Assembly: GCA_937879955.1 (NCBI GenBank)
Contig: CALFMK010000002.1
Coordinates: forward strand, 1,175-65,174
Direction: 5' to 3'
Length of the DNA: 64,000 bases
DNA from: an uncultured bacterium
GTDB taxonomy: Bacteria > Patescibacteriota > Minisyncoccia > Phycocordibacterales > Phycocordibacteraceae
Below are positions 49,850 through 60,242 of this stretch, piece after piece. The notes beneath the pieces are model-generated. The model ran no database searches and was not told the DNA's origin. It saw nothing but the letters and a program-made list of their open reading frames with translations. Within the stretch, counting starts at the first letter, position 1, and each line of letters starts with the position of its first letter. The position numbers and the translations under genes were made by a program.

Positions 49850-50356
49850 ATGCTACAGACCGTAGCGAGACAGAAGGCCGTAGCTCCGCGCGGAGGCACG
49901 GTCCTGAGCATCGATCTTCCGATCGCCTGTGCCGAATCCTGGCGCCGTGGCATCTATACCGGCGCGCCCGATACGGATCCAGGCGCGCCGGAATGGAGGG
50001 CAGAGAAGTATTTCCTCCCCGGCGAGGCGGACCTAGACGCGCACCCGCGCCTGCTCCTCATGTGGGCAGGCGAGCGCATGACGCCCCTGGACGCCATCTC
50101 GTGGGGGAAGCGCTACGGCCTGCGCAGGACGCACCCGCTCGAGGTGTTCGCGCTCTCGGCCGCGTTCCCGTACCTGTACTGGGGTTTCGGCCTGAAGGGC
50201 GTCGGACTCGTCCCGACCCAGCTCGGCCAGTACTGCCGCAAGCCGCATGCCTGCAGCGTGTGGCAGTCCCTGAAGCGCGGGGCGAGGGAAGCTAAGCTGC
50301 AGCCGGCGGACGCCGGCCTGCATGACCAGACGATCTTCGTCTTCGGCGAGTACTGA
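49850..50356 (+). CDS. hypothetical protein
   Basis: ORF downstream of ygjP; no recognised domain; followed by a hairpin at 50407..50450. Confidence 0.4.
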   Translation: MLQTVARQKAVAPRGGTVLSIDLPIACAESWRRGIYTGAPDTDPGAPEWRAEKYFLPGEADLDAHPRLLLMWAGERMTPLDAISWGKRYGLRRTHPLEVFALSAAFPYLYWGFGLKGVGLVPTQLGQYCRKPHACSVWQSLKRGAREAKLQPADAGLHDQTIFVFGEY

Positions 50357-50710
50357 TCCAAGAGAGCCGCCATTCCATCGGGATGGCGGCCTTTCTCTTT
50401 CCACGTAAAAAGCCGCTCGCGAGAGTGCGAGCGGCTTCATTAAGGTGCAAGCGAGCGTCAGCCGTCTTGATTTTTCCGCTGCTCATAGCCGCGACTTCAC
50501 AGGGGCCCGGTGAGGGGCTTGGTCGGACGTACATTCGGCGTGGCCTACGTCTCTCGGAGCGCTATCGAGGATGAGTGGTGCGCTGAGACAACCCGGCTGC
50601 TTTCCTACGCTTTCCCGCCTCCGGCGCTTCATATCGCCTTCGGGGGAGTCCCATCCGGGCGTATGGTAGCACCCGGTACGCTCCCTACAAGAGTCAGGTA
50701 GAATGAGGGC

Positions 50711-53557
50711 ATGACCGACGAGACCGCATTCAAGGCAGGCTACGCGAAGCTCGATAGCGCCCAGAAGCTCGCCGTGGATACGGTCGAGGGGCCCGTGCTC
50801 GTGATCGCAGGCCCTGGTACCGGCAAGACCCACATCCTCACGCTCCGCATCGCGAACATCCTGCGCGAGACCCAGGCGAATGCGACCAACATCCTCGTCC
50901 TCACGTTCACCGAATCCGCCGCGCGTACCGTCCGGGAACGCCTCGCGACCCTCATCGGCGATGAGACCGCCCGCGACGTGTTCATCTCCACCTTTCACGG
51001 ATTCGCGAACCACGTGCTGAGCGAGTACGCGGACTTCTTCCCGGACTGGGCAGGCAAGCGCCAGGCCGGCGACGTGGAGTCGACGCTCCTGTGGCGCGAG
51101 GTCCTCGAGACCGAAGAGCTCGTGCACCTGCGCACCCCGAAGTCCCCGTTCTTCTACCTCCGGGACCTCGCCCGGCTCCGCGACGATCTCGCCCGCGAGC
51201 GCATCTCCCTCGACGACTATCGCGCCTTCGCGAAGGAGGAAGAGGAGCGCCAGCGCGCGGACGAATCGAACTACTACCAGCGCGACAGCAAGTACGGGAA
51301 GAAGGGAGACCTGAAGCCCGACGGGCTAAAGAAGATCGCGCGACTCGAGAAGGTGTACGAGGCCGCCCGCCTCATTGAAAGTTACGACCGCCTCAAGGAC
51401 GAGCGCGACCTCTACGACTTCACCGACGTGCTCCGCATCGTGACGGACGCCCTCGCTGAGGATGAGGCCTTGCGTACTACGCTCCAGGAGCAGTACCAGT
51501 ACGTGCTCGCGGACGAGCATCAGGACGCGAACGCGCTCCAGCACGCGCTCCTCGATGCGCTCGCGTACGACGAGCACCCGAACCTTTTCGTAGTGGGAGA
51601 CGAGAAGCAGGCCATCTTCCGCTTCCAAGGTGCAGACGCCTCGCACTTCGGCGAGTTCCTCGCGCAGTACCCGCGCACCACCGTGGTGGAGCTCGCGACC
51701 AGCTACCGCTCGCTCGCGCCTATCCTCGAGGCCGCTCAGGGCCTTACGGGAGGCATCCCGGCCTCCCGGGGCGAGCACAAGGCGCTCTCGGCGCACCGCA
51801 CGGACGCCACTGCATCCCTCGACCTCCTCGTAGCGGACGATCCGCTCGCAGAGCGGGACCAGGTAGGGAGCCTCGTGGAGAAGGCGATCAAGGAGGGCAC
51901 CAGGCCCGAGGAGATCGCGGTCATCGCGCGTACGAACGCGAACGCCACCCTGTTCGCCGAGCACTTGGCTGCCCGCGGCATCCCGACGCTCCGTGCCGGC
52001 GACGTCTCGCTCTCCTCGCGCCCTATCATCCGCGCCGTACAGGCCCTCATGCAGGCCGTGGCTGATCCGCTCGATATTGCTGCACTGAGGGAGTCCTTGC
52101 TCGCGCCGTGGTGGGAGGCGTCTCTCCAAGAGCGCGCGCTCTTCCTGCGCGAGACTCGTGACTTCGAGCTCAGAACTCTTCTCAAGGAGAAATTCCCCTC
52201 GATAGAAGAGACCGTTTCCATACTCCAGGAGTCCGCGCAGCGCCTCGCTCCCATCGAGCTCATCTCGAAGCTTCTCGAGCGCTCAGGCGCCCGCGCATTC
52301 CTCCTCTCCCATGCGGACCATCTGGACGATGTGCTCCTCATCCGCCGCCTCATCATGCATATCGAGGAGCTCGTCCGTCGCGACACGAACGCGTCGTTTT
52401 CGGCCGTGATCGCAGAGCTCCGGAAGGCGGAGGAGCACGGCCTCGAGAGCGTGAAGGCGACCGTGCTCCAAAAGGAGGGCTATGTCACCGTGATAACGGC
52501 GCACAAGGCCAAGGGCATGGAGTTCGAGCGCGTGTTCCTCGTCTCCGCCACCGCGCGCGAATGGGAGAAGGGCGGCCGTGCGGCCACCATCCCGTCGCCG
52601 GTAGCCTCTTTGCACGCGGCCGAGGACGCCGTGCGCCTCTTCTACGTGGCCCTCACGCGCGCCAAGGACGCCCTCACGGTCTCGTACAGCGCGTTCTCTG
52701 GCGACGGCAAGGAGCAGGCGCCGTCCACCCTCATCCCGGACGGCCTGAATGTCGTCGCTCCCGAGCGCGACCTCCTGCCGCTCATGCACTCGGCCGTGGA
52801 CGCGTCGGAACTCGTCTGTGATCTCACGAAGCGCTACCTCATGCACGACGGCCTCTCGCCGTCCGCGCTCAACGAGTACCTCGAGTCGCCGGCATCCTTC
52901 TTCGCGAAGCGCGTGCTGCGCCTGCGAGAGCCCGAAGCCCCGGCGCTCGTCATCGGCATCGCGGTGCATGCCGGCATCGCGAGCTATCTCGAGCACAAGG
53001 ACGAGGCGAAGGCGAAAGCCGCCCTCGAGGCGTCGCTCCGCCATTCCTTGCTCCCGAGGAACGCCGCGTACGACCGCATCGCAGAGCATGCCCGGCAGAG
53101 CCTTTCGGCATACCTCGCGTACCGCGAGGAGGACGGCATGCTGGGGGCACCCTCCGCTATCGAGAAGACGTACGAGACCACGCGCGAGATAGACGGGACC
53201 ACGGTGAAGCTCAAGGGCCAGATCGACGCGCTGTTCGAGACCCGGAACGGCATCTGCATCGCGGACTTCAAGACCACGAGCGAGGTGAAGGCGATGGACG
53301 AGAAGTACGTCCGCCAGCTCGCGTTCTACGACCTTCTGGTGCGCGAGAACGGCGGCAACCCTACGCAGGCTGCCATCGTGCAGGTGGGTCCGGACGGCGT
53401 GACGGACCATGAGGTCCCGCTCACGCCTGAATCCCGCGCCGAGCTCGTCCAGGTCCTCGACGAGGTCCTGAAGGAGCTCCTCTCAGGCACGTGGCGCGAA
53501 GGGGAGGCAGGCGAGTATGACGACCTCCTGAAGCTCTTTGCGTCGGAGATGCCGTAG
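50711..53557 (+). CDS. UvrD/PcrA-family SF1 helicase fused to a C-terminal PD-(D/E)xK (RecB/Cas4-like) nuclease
   Basis: Helicase motifs VIAGPGTGKT, FTESAARTVRERL, VLADEHQD, TSYRS, AHKAKGMEFERVFLV; C-terminal GQIDALFE...ICIADFKTTS nuclease core; 948 aa. Confidence 0.85.
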   Translation: MTDETAFKAGYAKLDSAQKLAVDTVEGPVLVIAGPGTGKTHILTLRIANILRETQANATNILVLTFTESAARTVRERLATLIGDETARDVFISTFHGFANHVLSEYADFFPDWAGKRQAGDVESTLLWREVLETEELVHLRTPKSPFFYLRDLARLRDDLARERISLDDYRAFAKEEEERQRADESNYYQRDSKYGKKGDLKPDGLKKIARLEKVYEAARLIESYDRLKDERDLYDFTDVLRIVTDALAEDEALRTTLQEQYQYVLADEHQDANALQHALLDALAYDEHPNLFVVGDEKQAIFRFQGADASHFGEFLAQYPRTTVVELATSYRSLAPILEAAQGLTGGIPASRGEHKALSAHRTDATASLDLLVADDPLAERDQVGSLVEKAIKEGTRPEEIAVIARTNANATLFAEHLAARGIPTLRAGDVSLSSRPIIRAVQALMQAVADPLDIAALRESLLAPWWEASLQERALFLRETRDFELRTLLKEKFPSIEETVSILQESAQRLAPIELISKLLERSGARAFLLSHADHLDDVLLIRRLIMHIEELVRRDTNASFSAVIAELRKAEEHGLESVKATVLQKEGYVTVITAHKAKGMEFERVFLVSATAREWEKGGRAATIPSPVASLHAAEDAVRLFYVALTRAKDALTVSYSAFSGDGKEQAPSTLIPDGLNVVAPERDLLPLMHSAVDASELVCDLTKRYLMHDGLSPSALNEYLESPASFFAKRVLRLREPEAPALVIGIAVHAGIASYLEHKDEAKAKAALEASLRHSLLPRNAAYDRIAEHARQSLSAYLAYREEDGMLGAPSAIEKTYETTREIDGTTVKLKGQIDALFETRNGICIADFKTTSEVKAMDEKYVRQLAFYDLLVRENGGNPTQAAIVQVGPDGVTDHEVPLTPESRAELVQVLDEVLKELLSGTWREGEAGEYDDLLKLFASEMP

Positions 53558-53583
53558 CCAGGCGCGAGGTATATACTTCTGTC

Positions 53584-54054
53584 ATGCTTGAACGGATGCC
53601 TGAGAATCGCGCGCCTCGCCCTGAGGTGCCCGCGCCCTCGCTGCGGCTCGAGGATGTCGAGGACATAGACGACGCGCGCGAGTACGTGGAGGAGCAGCTC
53701 GCCGCGGGCGTCCGTCCCGTCATCACGGTTCCCGAGGAATACGTAGCGGACGTGCAGCAGAACGGCATCATGAGCGTCCCGAAGGAGGACCTGCTCACGG
53801 GCAAGAGGTTCTCGTTCATCGCGGGCACGATCGGGCTCGACCCGTACCTTCCGGAGAACGGCACCCGGTACGTGTTCGAGATAGACCCTGCGCAGGTGCG
53901 CATCGAGCCGCGCATGACCGGAAGCGACCGCAAGTTCCATGGCGTCGTCGGCTTCGTCGACGGGGTTCCGGCATCCGCTCTCATCCCGATAGGGAGGCAC
54001 TCCATGGAGACGTGGGATGCGGAGTCTGGAAAAGAGAAAGGCCCGCTCCACTAG
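53584..54054 (+). CDS. hypothetical protein
   Basis: 156 aa ORF; no recognised domain. Confidence 0.35.
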   Translation: MLERMPENRAPRPEVPAPSLRLEDVEDIDDAREYVEEQLAAGVRPVITVPEEYVADVQQNGIMSVPKEDLLTGKRFSFIAGTIGLDPYLPENGTRYVFEIDPAQVRIEPRMTGSDRKFHGVVGFVDGVPASALIPIGRHSMETWDAESGKEKGPLH

Positions 54055-54078
54055 TCGTGGAGGGGCCCTTTGTATTTT

Positions 54079-54453
54079 TTAGTGAAGCTCGGTATCGAGG
54101 CCGGCGCCGTAGACTTCGATGGCCGGCCCGCTCCATTTGAGCAGGATGCCGTGGTCCTCGGTGCCGATCAGGACGTCCTTGCCGTCCGCGAACTGGCGAA
54201 TGCCGTGATTCGCGCACGAGAGCGGGAAATGCACGACCCGCTCGACGAGCTGATCCGGCATGGCCTGCATCTTGTGTCCGGTGACCTTCTCCCTGTGGAG
54301 ATCGATCGTGACGCCGCCGCGGCCCAGCTCCGTCGTGCCGCCGAAGGCGACGCGATGGATGATGGCGAGGGACCCGAGCTCTTCGATGGCTTCGGACGCC
54401 GGATTGAAGGTCTCTGAACGCTTGCCGACGATCGTGATGAAGCCTACGAGCAT
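54079..54453 (-). CDS. hypothetical protein
   Basis: 124 aa ORF; no confident domain assignment. Confidence 0.35.
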   Translation of the reverse strand: MLVGFITIVGKRSETFNPASEAIEELGSLAIIHRVAFGGTTELGRGGVTIDLHREKVTGHKMQAMPDQLVERVVHFPLSCANHGIRQFADGKDVLIGTEDHGILLKWSGPAIEVYGAGLDTELH

Positions 54454-54533
54454 CTATACCCCCTTCGAAAGAACGATGAGAAAGCACTATATAGGTATAT
54501 AGTGCTTTTGTCAATAGCCCGGAAAGGGCTTCG

Positions 54534-55229
54534 TTACGGCGCCTTCGCGATCGCGTCCTCGATGACGCGCTTCATGTCCTCGTACGTGAGGGAGCCCTGG
54601 ATACCTACCGGATCCTGGCCGTCGATAAGGACGAGCGTGAACGGCGCGCCCTCCGCGCCCACCTCGAGCGCGTTGCTGCTGTCCTCGTAGACCTTCTTCG
54701 TGAAGCGGCCGTTCTCGAGGCAGGCCTTGAACTCCGCCTGCGGGAGGCCGAGCTGCGCGGCGATCGCAGGGTAGCCGCTCACGGGGAACTGGGTGTCGCC
54801 CGGCGCTGCCGCCTGCATCGCGTCGATGAAGCGCCAGAAGGCGTCGTCGTCGCCGAGGTAACCGGCGCACTCTGCCGCTTCGGCGTGCGAGGCTGCGCCT
54901 GCGTGCTGGTCGAGGAGCGGGAAGTGGCGGTACACCCACGCGACCTTGCCGCCTGCGGCGTACTCGCTCATGAGCTGCTCCATGGTTGCCTGGAACTGCT
55001 TGCTGTACGCGGAGTCGATGTCGGCGTACTCCACCAGCTTCACGGGCGCCTGCGGGTTGCCGATGATGCGGTCCGACGGGTTCACGGGACGGACCATGGC
55101 AGGGACGCCCGCACCGAGCTTCGGCGAAGCGTCGGTGCGCACGGCATAGACGGTGAGCGCGATTATCGCTCCCGCGAGCACGATGGCGCCCGGAAGGATG
55201 TAATCGCGGCGCATTTGCTGTATGTCCAT
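54534..55229 (-). CDS. DsbA-like thioredoxin-fold protein lacking the CxxC active site
   Basis: N-terminal TM; GNPQAPVKLVEYADIDSAYSKQF parallels the DsbA/BdbD ...VEFSDYECPFCKRF with CPFC replaced by SAYS. Confidence 0.5.
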   Translation of the reverse strand: MDIQQMRRDYILPGAIVLAGAIIALTVYAVRTDASPKLGAGVPAMVRPVNPSDRIIGNPQAPVKLVEYADIDSAYSKQFQATMEQLMSEYAAGGKVAWVYRHFPLLDQHAGAASHAEAAECAGYLGDDDAFWRFIDAMQAAAPGDTQFPVSGYPAIAAQLGLPQAEFKACLENGRFTKKVYEDSSNALEVGAEGAPFTLVLIDGQDPVGIQGSLTYEDMKRVIEDAIAKAP

Positions 55230-55294
55230 GGAAAAATCATAGCACGCAGGCAAAAGGAAACCGCCTCGAGCACTGGGTGCTCGAGGCGGGGGTG

Positions 55295-55627
55295 TCAGGC
55301 GGCCTCGGCCTTCCCGAACCTGATCATGTACTTTGGGTGATGGCCGGACGCGTCGCTCACGGTGAGCTTCGTGACCTTCTCGCCGAGGAGGTCGTGGGCC
55401 GCGTGGGCGATCTTTCCGAGCACGCCGCGTGCTCCGGAGACCGGGAACCGCTCGTCCTCAGGAGGGGCGTCGAAGACCGTGATGATGATGGTCTGCGCGT
55501 TGTCCGTGCAGCCGTCGGTCCTCGAGACCTGAGCGCCGCCGCATGCGGCGGAGAGTTTTTCGAGAAAATCGGCCTCCTCCTCGCTTTTTGCGAAGAGGCC
55601 GTCGGTGAAGCAGGCGAATATGAGCAT
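55295..55627 (-). CDS. hypothetical protein
   Basis: 110 aa ORF; no recognised domain. Confidence 0.3.
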   Translation of the reverse strand: MLIFACFTDGLFAKSEEEADFLEKLSAACGGAQVSRTDGCTDNAQTIIITVFDAPPEDERFPVSGARGVLGKIAHAAHDLLGEKVTKLTVSDASGHHPKYMIRFGKAEAA

Positions 55628-55693
55628 CTGAGCACTCCTGATGCCGTGGAAGGTTTCTGTGAGAATAATAGCACGAAATACAGAAAGTGCAAC

Positions 55694-56272
55694 CTAAAGC
55701 CCGAGCGTATGGGTGAAGGCGTTCGGCGCCTGCTCGGCCTGCCAGGTGGAGGTGTCGAGCTTCACGTCGCGGAGGTCCTTGAGGTCCTTGTACTTGAGGC
55801 CGCCCTTCTCGAGCGCGAAATCATAGAGGTCGCGCGTGATCTTCACGTCCTGGATGCAGTACTGGCGGACCTTCTCGTACAGGCCCTCCTGCCACCAGCG
55901 CACCGACTCGAGACCGTTGCCGGATTTGCCGACCTTGAGCGTCGCCTCGGCGAGCGACTGGAGGCGCAGACGGCGGCCCAGCACCTTCTGCACCTCTACC
56001 ATGAGGTCGATGGAGCGGATCTTCGTGAGGTCGCCCGGGTAGTACTTGTTGAGGAGCGGGATGTCGAAGGAGTCCGAGTTGTACCCGATGAGGGTGTCCG
56101 CCTTCTCGATGATGGGCCAGAGCTTCGGGAGCTCGCTCTGGTCGTAGGACGAGAACTCTCCGGTCTCGGAGTCGTGGATCGCCACCACGGCGAGGTCGAG
56201 ACGCGTCACGTCCTGGCGGGCCAGGGACGGCAGGACGTTGGAGGTCTCGATGTCGAACGTGATCTCGCGCAT
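55694..56272 (-). CDS. predicted 3'-5' exonuclease (RNase H-like, DEDD-type)
   Basis: N-terminal FDIETSN (Exo I-like DxE), then AIHDSETGEF...YNSDSFD acidic motifs; 192 aa; directly downstream of hisS on the minus strand. Confidence 0.5.
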   Translation of the reverse strand: MREITFDIETSNVLPSLARQDVTRLDLAVVAIHDSETGEFSSYDQSELPKLWPIIEKADTLIGYNSDSFDIPLLNKYYPGDLTKIRSIDLMVEVQKVLGRRLRLQSLAEATLKVGKSGNGLESVRWWQEGLYEKVRQYCIQDVKITRDLYDFALEKGGLKYKDLKDLRDVKLDTSTWQAEQAPNAFTHTLGL

Positions 56273-56274
56273 AG

Positions 56275-57543
56275 CTAGCGGAGGATGAGGTGCGCGAGCT
56301 CGTCCTCGGAGACCGTATCCTCCGTGCTCGACGCGAGCGTCTTGAGCTTCAGGGTGCCGGACTTCGCCTCGTTCTCGCCGTACGCGAAGAAGTACGGGAT
56401 GCCGCGCTTCACGGCCTCCTTCACCTGGTCCCCGAGCGCCTTCGACGATACGTTCACGAGCACGTTCAATCCCTGAGCGCGGAGCTCCGTGGCGAGTTTC
56501 TGCGCGGCAGCGATGTCGCTCTCTGTAGGGGTCCCGATGAATACGTGCGCGCCGACGGGCGCCTTGGGGAGAAGATCATGCGTCTCGAGGAAATCCATGA
56601 GCGTGACGTCGCCGAACGCGAAGCCTACGGCAGGCAATGGCTCCACGCCGAAGAGGGAGACGAGGCCGTCATAGCGGCCGCCGCCCATGAGCGCGCGCGG
56701 GTTCTCCGGGTCGGTATCGAATACCTCGAACACGAGTCCGGTGTAGTACAGGAAGCCGCGGATCACCGTCGGGTCGAACACGACGTTCTCCATGCCGCGC
56801 GCGCGGAAGCCCTCGATGAGGGAAAGGAGCGTCTGGCGCTCGGCCTCGACGGACTCGTCCGAGCCTGCCTCGATGAGTTCGAGCGGATCGGTACCGCTGC
56901 GGCGGAAGGGAGCGCGCGCCTCCTCGAACTTCTCCGCGTCCATCTTGTTCTTGCGATCGAGGATGCCGAGGTAGCTCGCCATCTCCGCGGACGAGAGGCC
57001 GAGCGCCTCGCCTGCGGCGTTCAGGAGCGTGCGGGAGTTTATCCTGATCGAGAAGTCCTCGTCCTTCGCGCCGAACGCGCGGAGTATCTCGTACGCCATC
57101 ACCACGGCCTCGCCCTCGGCGCGCTCGTTCGGGATGCCGACGATGTCGACGTCCACCTGGTAGAACTCGCGGAGGCGGCCCTTCTGCGGGCGCTCGTAGC
57201 GGAAGCGGTTGCCGATGGAGAACCAGCGGGCAGGGAAGACGAGCTCGCGGCGCTTCCCGGCGATCATGCGCGCCAGGGATGGGGTCATCTCCGGGCGGAG
57301 CGTCACGCGCCGGTCGCCGCGGTCCGTGAAGGTGTAGGTCTGCTCATTCACGATCTCCTCCGAGGTCTTGCTCTCGTAGAGCTCCGCGCGCTCGAGCGGG
57401 GAGGCCTGGTACTCCTCGAAGCCGTAGGAGCGGAGCACCTTCCGGACGGTATCGAACGCGGACTGCAGGCGCGCCCAATCCTCAGGATAGAAGTCGCGGA
57501 CGCCCTTGTACGGCTCGGTGGAGAGGGGCTGCTTGTCGGTCAT
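56275..57543 (-). CDS. hisS: histidyl-tRNA synthetase
   Basis: Class II motifs and the anticodon-binding C-terminus; N-terminus TEPYKGVRDFYPEDW; 422 aa. Confidence 0.9.
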   Translation of the reverse strand: MTDKQPLSTEPYKGVRDFYPEDWARLQSAFDTVRKVLRSYGFEEYQASPLERAELYESKTSEEIVNEQTYTFTDRGDRRVTLRPEMTPSLARMIAGKRRELVFPARWFSIGNRFRYERPQKGRLREFYQVDVDIVGIPNERAEGEAVVMAYEILRAFGAKDEDFSIRINSRTLLNAAGEALGLSSAEMASYLGILDRKNKMDAEKFEEARAPFRRSGTDPLELIEAGSDESVEAERQTLLSLIEGFRARGMENVVFDPTVIRGFLYYTGLVFEVFDTDPENPRALMGGGRYDGLVSLFGVEPLPAVGFAFGDVTLMDFLETHDLLPKAPVGAHVFIGTPTESDIAAAQKLATELRAQGLNVLVNVSSKALGDQVKEAVKRGIPYFFAYGENEAKSGTLKLKTLASSTEDTVSEDELAHLILR

Positions 57544-57692
57544 AGGTTGATTCTAGCAAGCCTCGCGGCATTCCTGAAGCCTCGCGGCATTCCTGAAGCC
57601 TCGACGCGTTCATTCGGGGTTGAATGTTGAGAATAGTGTGGTACGTTCAGGTGGTTCGCATACCGCGGACGCTTTGGATAGGAGTTCTTCTC

Positions 57693-58112
57693 ATGTGCGA
57701 TTTCAGTCTCGAGCATTTCGCATCTCGCGATGCGAAGGTCGGCGACGCCCTGATCACCCGGGCGCTCGGCGAGCACGACACCATCGGCTTCACCGCTCCG
57801 GACGATCCGTATGTCGCCGTCTGCCTGCTCCCCGGCACGCGCCTGGCCATCACGGACGCGCCCGATGCCTTGCGGTCCGACTACAGTCTCTCCGTGGGCG
57901 ATAGCGCCACGTTCGCCCAGCGCACCCTGCCGGAAGGCACCGTCAGCTACCGCGATGGGCTGGTCTTCGACCACCATACCGAAGGCGAGCCGATCCTGCT
58001 CCAGAACCTGCTCGCCGGCCTCGCCGTCACGGTCGAGTCCGTTCCCGTCGAGGCCCCGTCGTCCGTGGACGAGCCGGCCGCCGCGAGCGAGCGTGTGCTC
58101 GAGCCGGCCTGA
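57693..58112 (+). CDS. hypothetical protein
   Basis: RBS aggag 9 nt before the ATG; no recognised domain. Confidence 0.35.
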   Translation: MCDFSLEHFASRDAKVGDALITRALGEHDTIGFTAPDDPYVAVCLLPGTRLAITDAPDALRSDYSLSVGDSATFAQRTLPEGTVSYRDGLVFDHHTEGEPILLQNLLAGLAVTVESVPVEAPSSVDEPAAASERVLEPA

Positions 58113-58167
58113 GCCGCTCACAGAAAAGACCCATCGCCATGCTCGGCGATGGGTCTTCTTTCATACG

Positions 58168-58719
58168 CTACGTATCCTTCTCCTTATGCAGGAGCGCGAT
58201 CTCGCTCATGATGAGGTCGCGCATGCCGGTCGGGTCCTCGATGCCGTCCATCACGAAATGACGGGAGGCGTCGCCCGCGGTCTCGACCCGCACCGACCCG
58301 AAGCCCAGGAGATCGGCGAGGATGCCGTCCACGGTGGTGGAGACGTCCTGGACCTTCAGGAGGAGGAAGCTCGACACCTCGCGGCTGAAGAAGCCCCACT
58401 GGCGCACGCGCACGATGCGCGACGTCGTGATGACCCAGTGGTTGAGGTAGTACTGCGTGAACGCGTTGAAGGCCGCGATCCACAGAGACAGCCACCAGAG
58501 TCCGAGGAAGAGCCGGTACCAGCGGTTCTCGCCGTTCAGCATCAAAAGGAACGCGGCGGTCTGCTCGTCGAAGCGCGCATGCCCGACGACGAATCCCGGC
58601 AGCACCGCAGGGATCCACGCGAGGAGGAGGAACGGGATGAGGGAGGTCACGAGCACGAACCAGTGCTTCCGGACGGTCCGGATCACGCGCTCGCCTGCGT
58701 CGAGAGGGAATTCTTCCAT
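58168..58719 (-). CDS. bacterial PH-domain (YdbS/YdbT-like) membrane protein
   Basis: Two N-terminal TM helices followed by a soluble domain; 183 aa. Confidence 0.5.
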   Translation of the reverse strand: MEEFPLDAGERVIRTVRKHWFVLVTSLIPFLLLAWIPAVLPGFVVGHARFDEQTAAFLLMLNGENRWYRLFLGLWWLSLWIAAFNAFTQYYLNHWVITTSRIVRVRQWGFFSREVSSFLLLKVQDVSTTVDGILADLLGFGSVRVETAGDASRHFVMDGIEDPTGMRDLIMSEIALLHKEKDT

Positions 58720-58720
58720 A

Positions 58721-58954
58721 TCAGCCGATGATGCCGCTCACGGCGTAGCCCGCGAGGAGCCATGACACCACGACGTGCACGATGAGCGCCGGGATCGCCA
58801 CGATGGAGCGGTGCCCGTACCGGAGCCAGTGGTACGCGGAGATGAGCGTATAGACCGCCCATACGACGAAGAGGAACAGGAACACGAGCGAGACGACCGT
58901 CTCGATGTTGCTGCCCAGGAGAAGGAGCGCTGGATTGGGCGTCTCGGTCTGCAT
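58721..58954 (-). CDS. small two-TM membrane protein
   Basis: 77 aa; overlaps the prmC stop by 1 nt. Confidence 0.4.
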   Translation of the reverse strand: MQTETPNPALLLLGSNIETVVSLVFLFLFVVWAVYTLISAYHWLRYGHRSIVAIPALIVHVVVSWLLAGYAVSGIIG

Positions 58955-59697
58955 CAGGCGTAGTATCCCACGACGATACGGGGCCTGCTATACAGGTCCG
59001 TGCGTATCTCGGTGCGCTTCGCGCCGCGCTCAGCGAGGAGCCGCTCCGCCTCCTCTATGTTCTCGATGTCGCATTCGAGCCAGAGCTCGCCGCCCGGGTT
59101 GAGGCGCGACGCCGCCTCGAGCGCGATGCGGCGGATGAGGTCGAGTCCGTCCGCTCCCGCGAAGAGGGCGCGCGGCGGCTCGAAGTCCGCGACGCTCTTG
59201 TCGAGCGCGCGATGCGCGGGCACGTACGGCGGGTTCGCGGCGATCACGTCGAAGCGCTCGCCGAACGGGAACGCCTCGAAGAGGTCGCTCTCGCGCACGA
59301 CCGCGCGGTCCGCGTCGAGCCCGTTCTCCTCGATGTTCTTCCGTATGAGCGCGACGTGCTCGGGCTCGAGCTCGCCGAAGGTGACGCGCGCGTTCGGGAG
59401 ATTGAGGAGCACCGCGAGGCCGATGGCGCCCGAGCCTGCGCACAGGTCGAGGAAGCCGAACGGCGTATCGCCGAAGCGCTCTTCGAGACGCTTCACGAGC
59501 GCTTCCGTCCACCATTCGGTCTCCGGGCGCGGGATGAGCGGGCGGGAGTCGAGCCCGATGCGGAGCCCGAGGAACGGCATCCAGCCGATCACGTACGCGA
59601 GCGGCTCGCCGGCCGAGAGGCGCGCGAGGTCCACCGCGTGCTCGGCGCCCTCGTCGCCGTCGTACTTGTCTCGTATGAGGAGGTCGCGGTCGTTCAT
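58954..59697 (-). CDS. prmC: release factor glutamine N5-methyltransferase
   Basis: LDLCAGSGAIGLAV (motif I) and VIAANPPYVP (NPPY motif); 247 aa. Confidence 0.8.
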   Translation of the reverse strand: MNDRDLLIRDKYDGDEGAEHAVDLARLSAGEPLAYVIGWMPFLGLRIGLDSRPLIPRPETEWWTEALVKRLEERFGDTPFGFLDLCAGSGAIGLAVLLNLPNARVTFGELEPEHVALIRKNIEENGLDADRAVVRESDLFEAFPFGERFDVIAANPPYVPAHRALDKSVADFEPPRALFAGADGLDLIRRIALEAASRLNPGGELWLECDIENIEEAERLLAERGAKRTEIRTDLYSRPRIVVGYYA

Positions 59698-59742
59698 GTA
59701 TCCACTGTACCGTCCTCCTGCTAGGAGTGGTAGGCTTCAGGT

Positions 59743-60183
59743 ATGAAAGCACTCTGGAACATCATCTTCTCGCTCTTCTTCGTCGGGCTCGTGCTCGCAG
59801 GATCCTATTATCTCGCGGGGCAGGGGAAGCTCCTCGCCGATATCCCGCTCCTCGACCTCGTGCTCATGGCGCTCGCCACCTTCCGCCTCGTGCGCCTCTT
59901 CACGTACGACCACATAACCGCGTTCCTGCGCGAGTGGCTCGCCCCGGCTCGTCCTGGCACCTTCTTCGGCACCGTGAACGATCTCCTGCGCTGCCCGTGG
60001 TGCACCGGCGTCTGGTTCAGCTTCCTCGTCTACTTCGGCTACGCGTTCGCGCGCGCGGAAGTCATGCCGCTCATCCTGATCCTCGCGATCGCAGCGCTCG
60101 CGTCCTTCTTCCAGATCTTCGCGAACCTCGTCGGCTGGAACGCCGAGGACAAGAAGCTCGACGTGAAGCACAAGGCGGACTAG
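59743..60183 (+). CDS. hypothetical membrane protein (possibly DUF1360-like)
   Basis: Four hydrophobic segments; conserved-looking CPWCTGVW motif; 146 aa. Confidence 0.45.
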   Translation: MKALWNIIFSLFFVGLVLAGSYYLAGQGKLLADIPLLDLVLMALATFRLVRLFTYDHITAFLREWLAPARPGTFFGTVNDLLRCPWCTGVWFSFLVYFGYAFARAEVMPLILILAIAALASFFQIFANLVGWNAEDKKLDVKHKAD

Positions 60184-60242
60184 CTGCAAACAAAAGGAAA
60201 ACGCCCCTCCGAAGAGGGGCGTTTTCCGTGAGGTTGGCTAGA

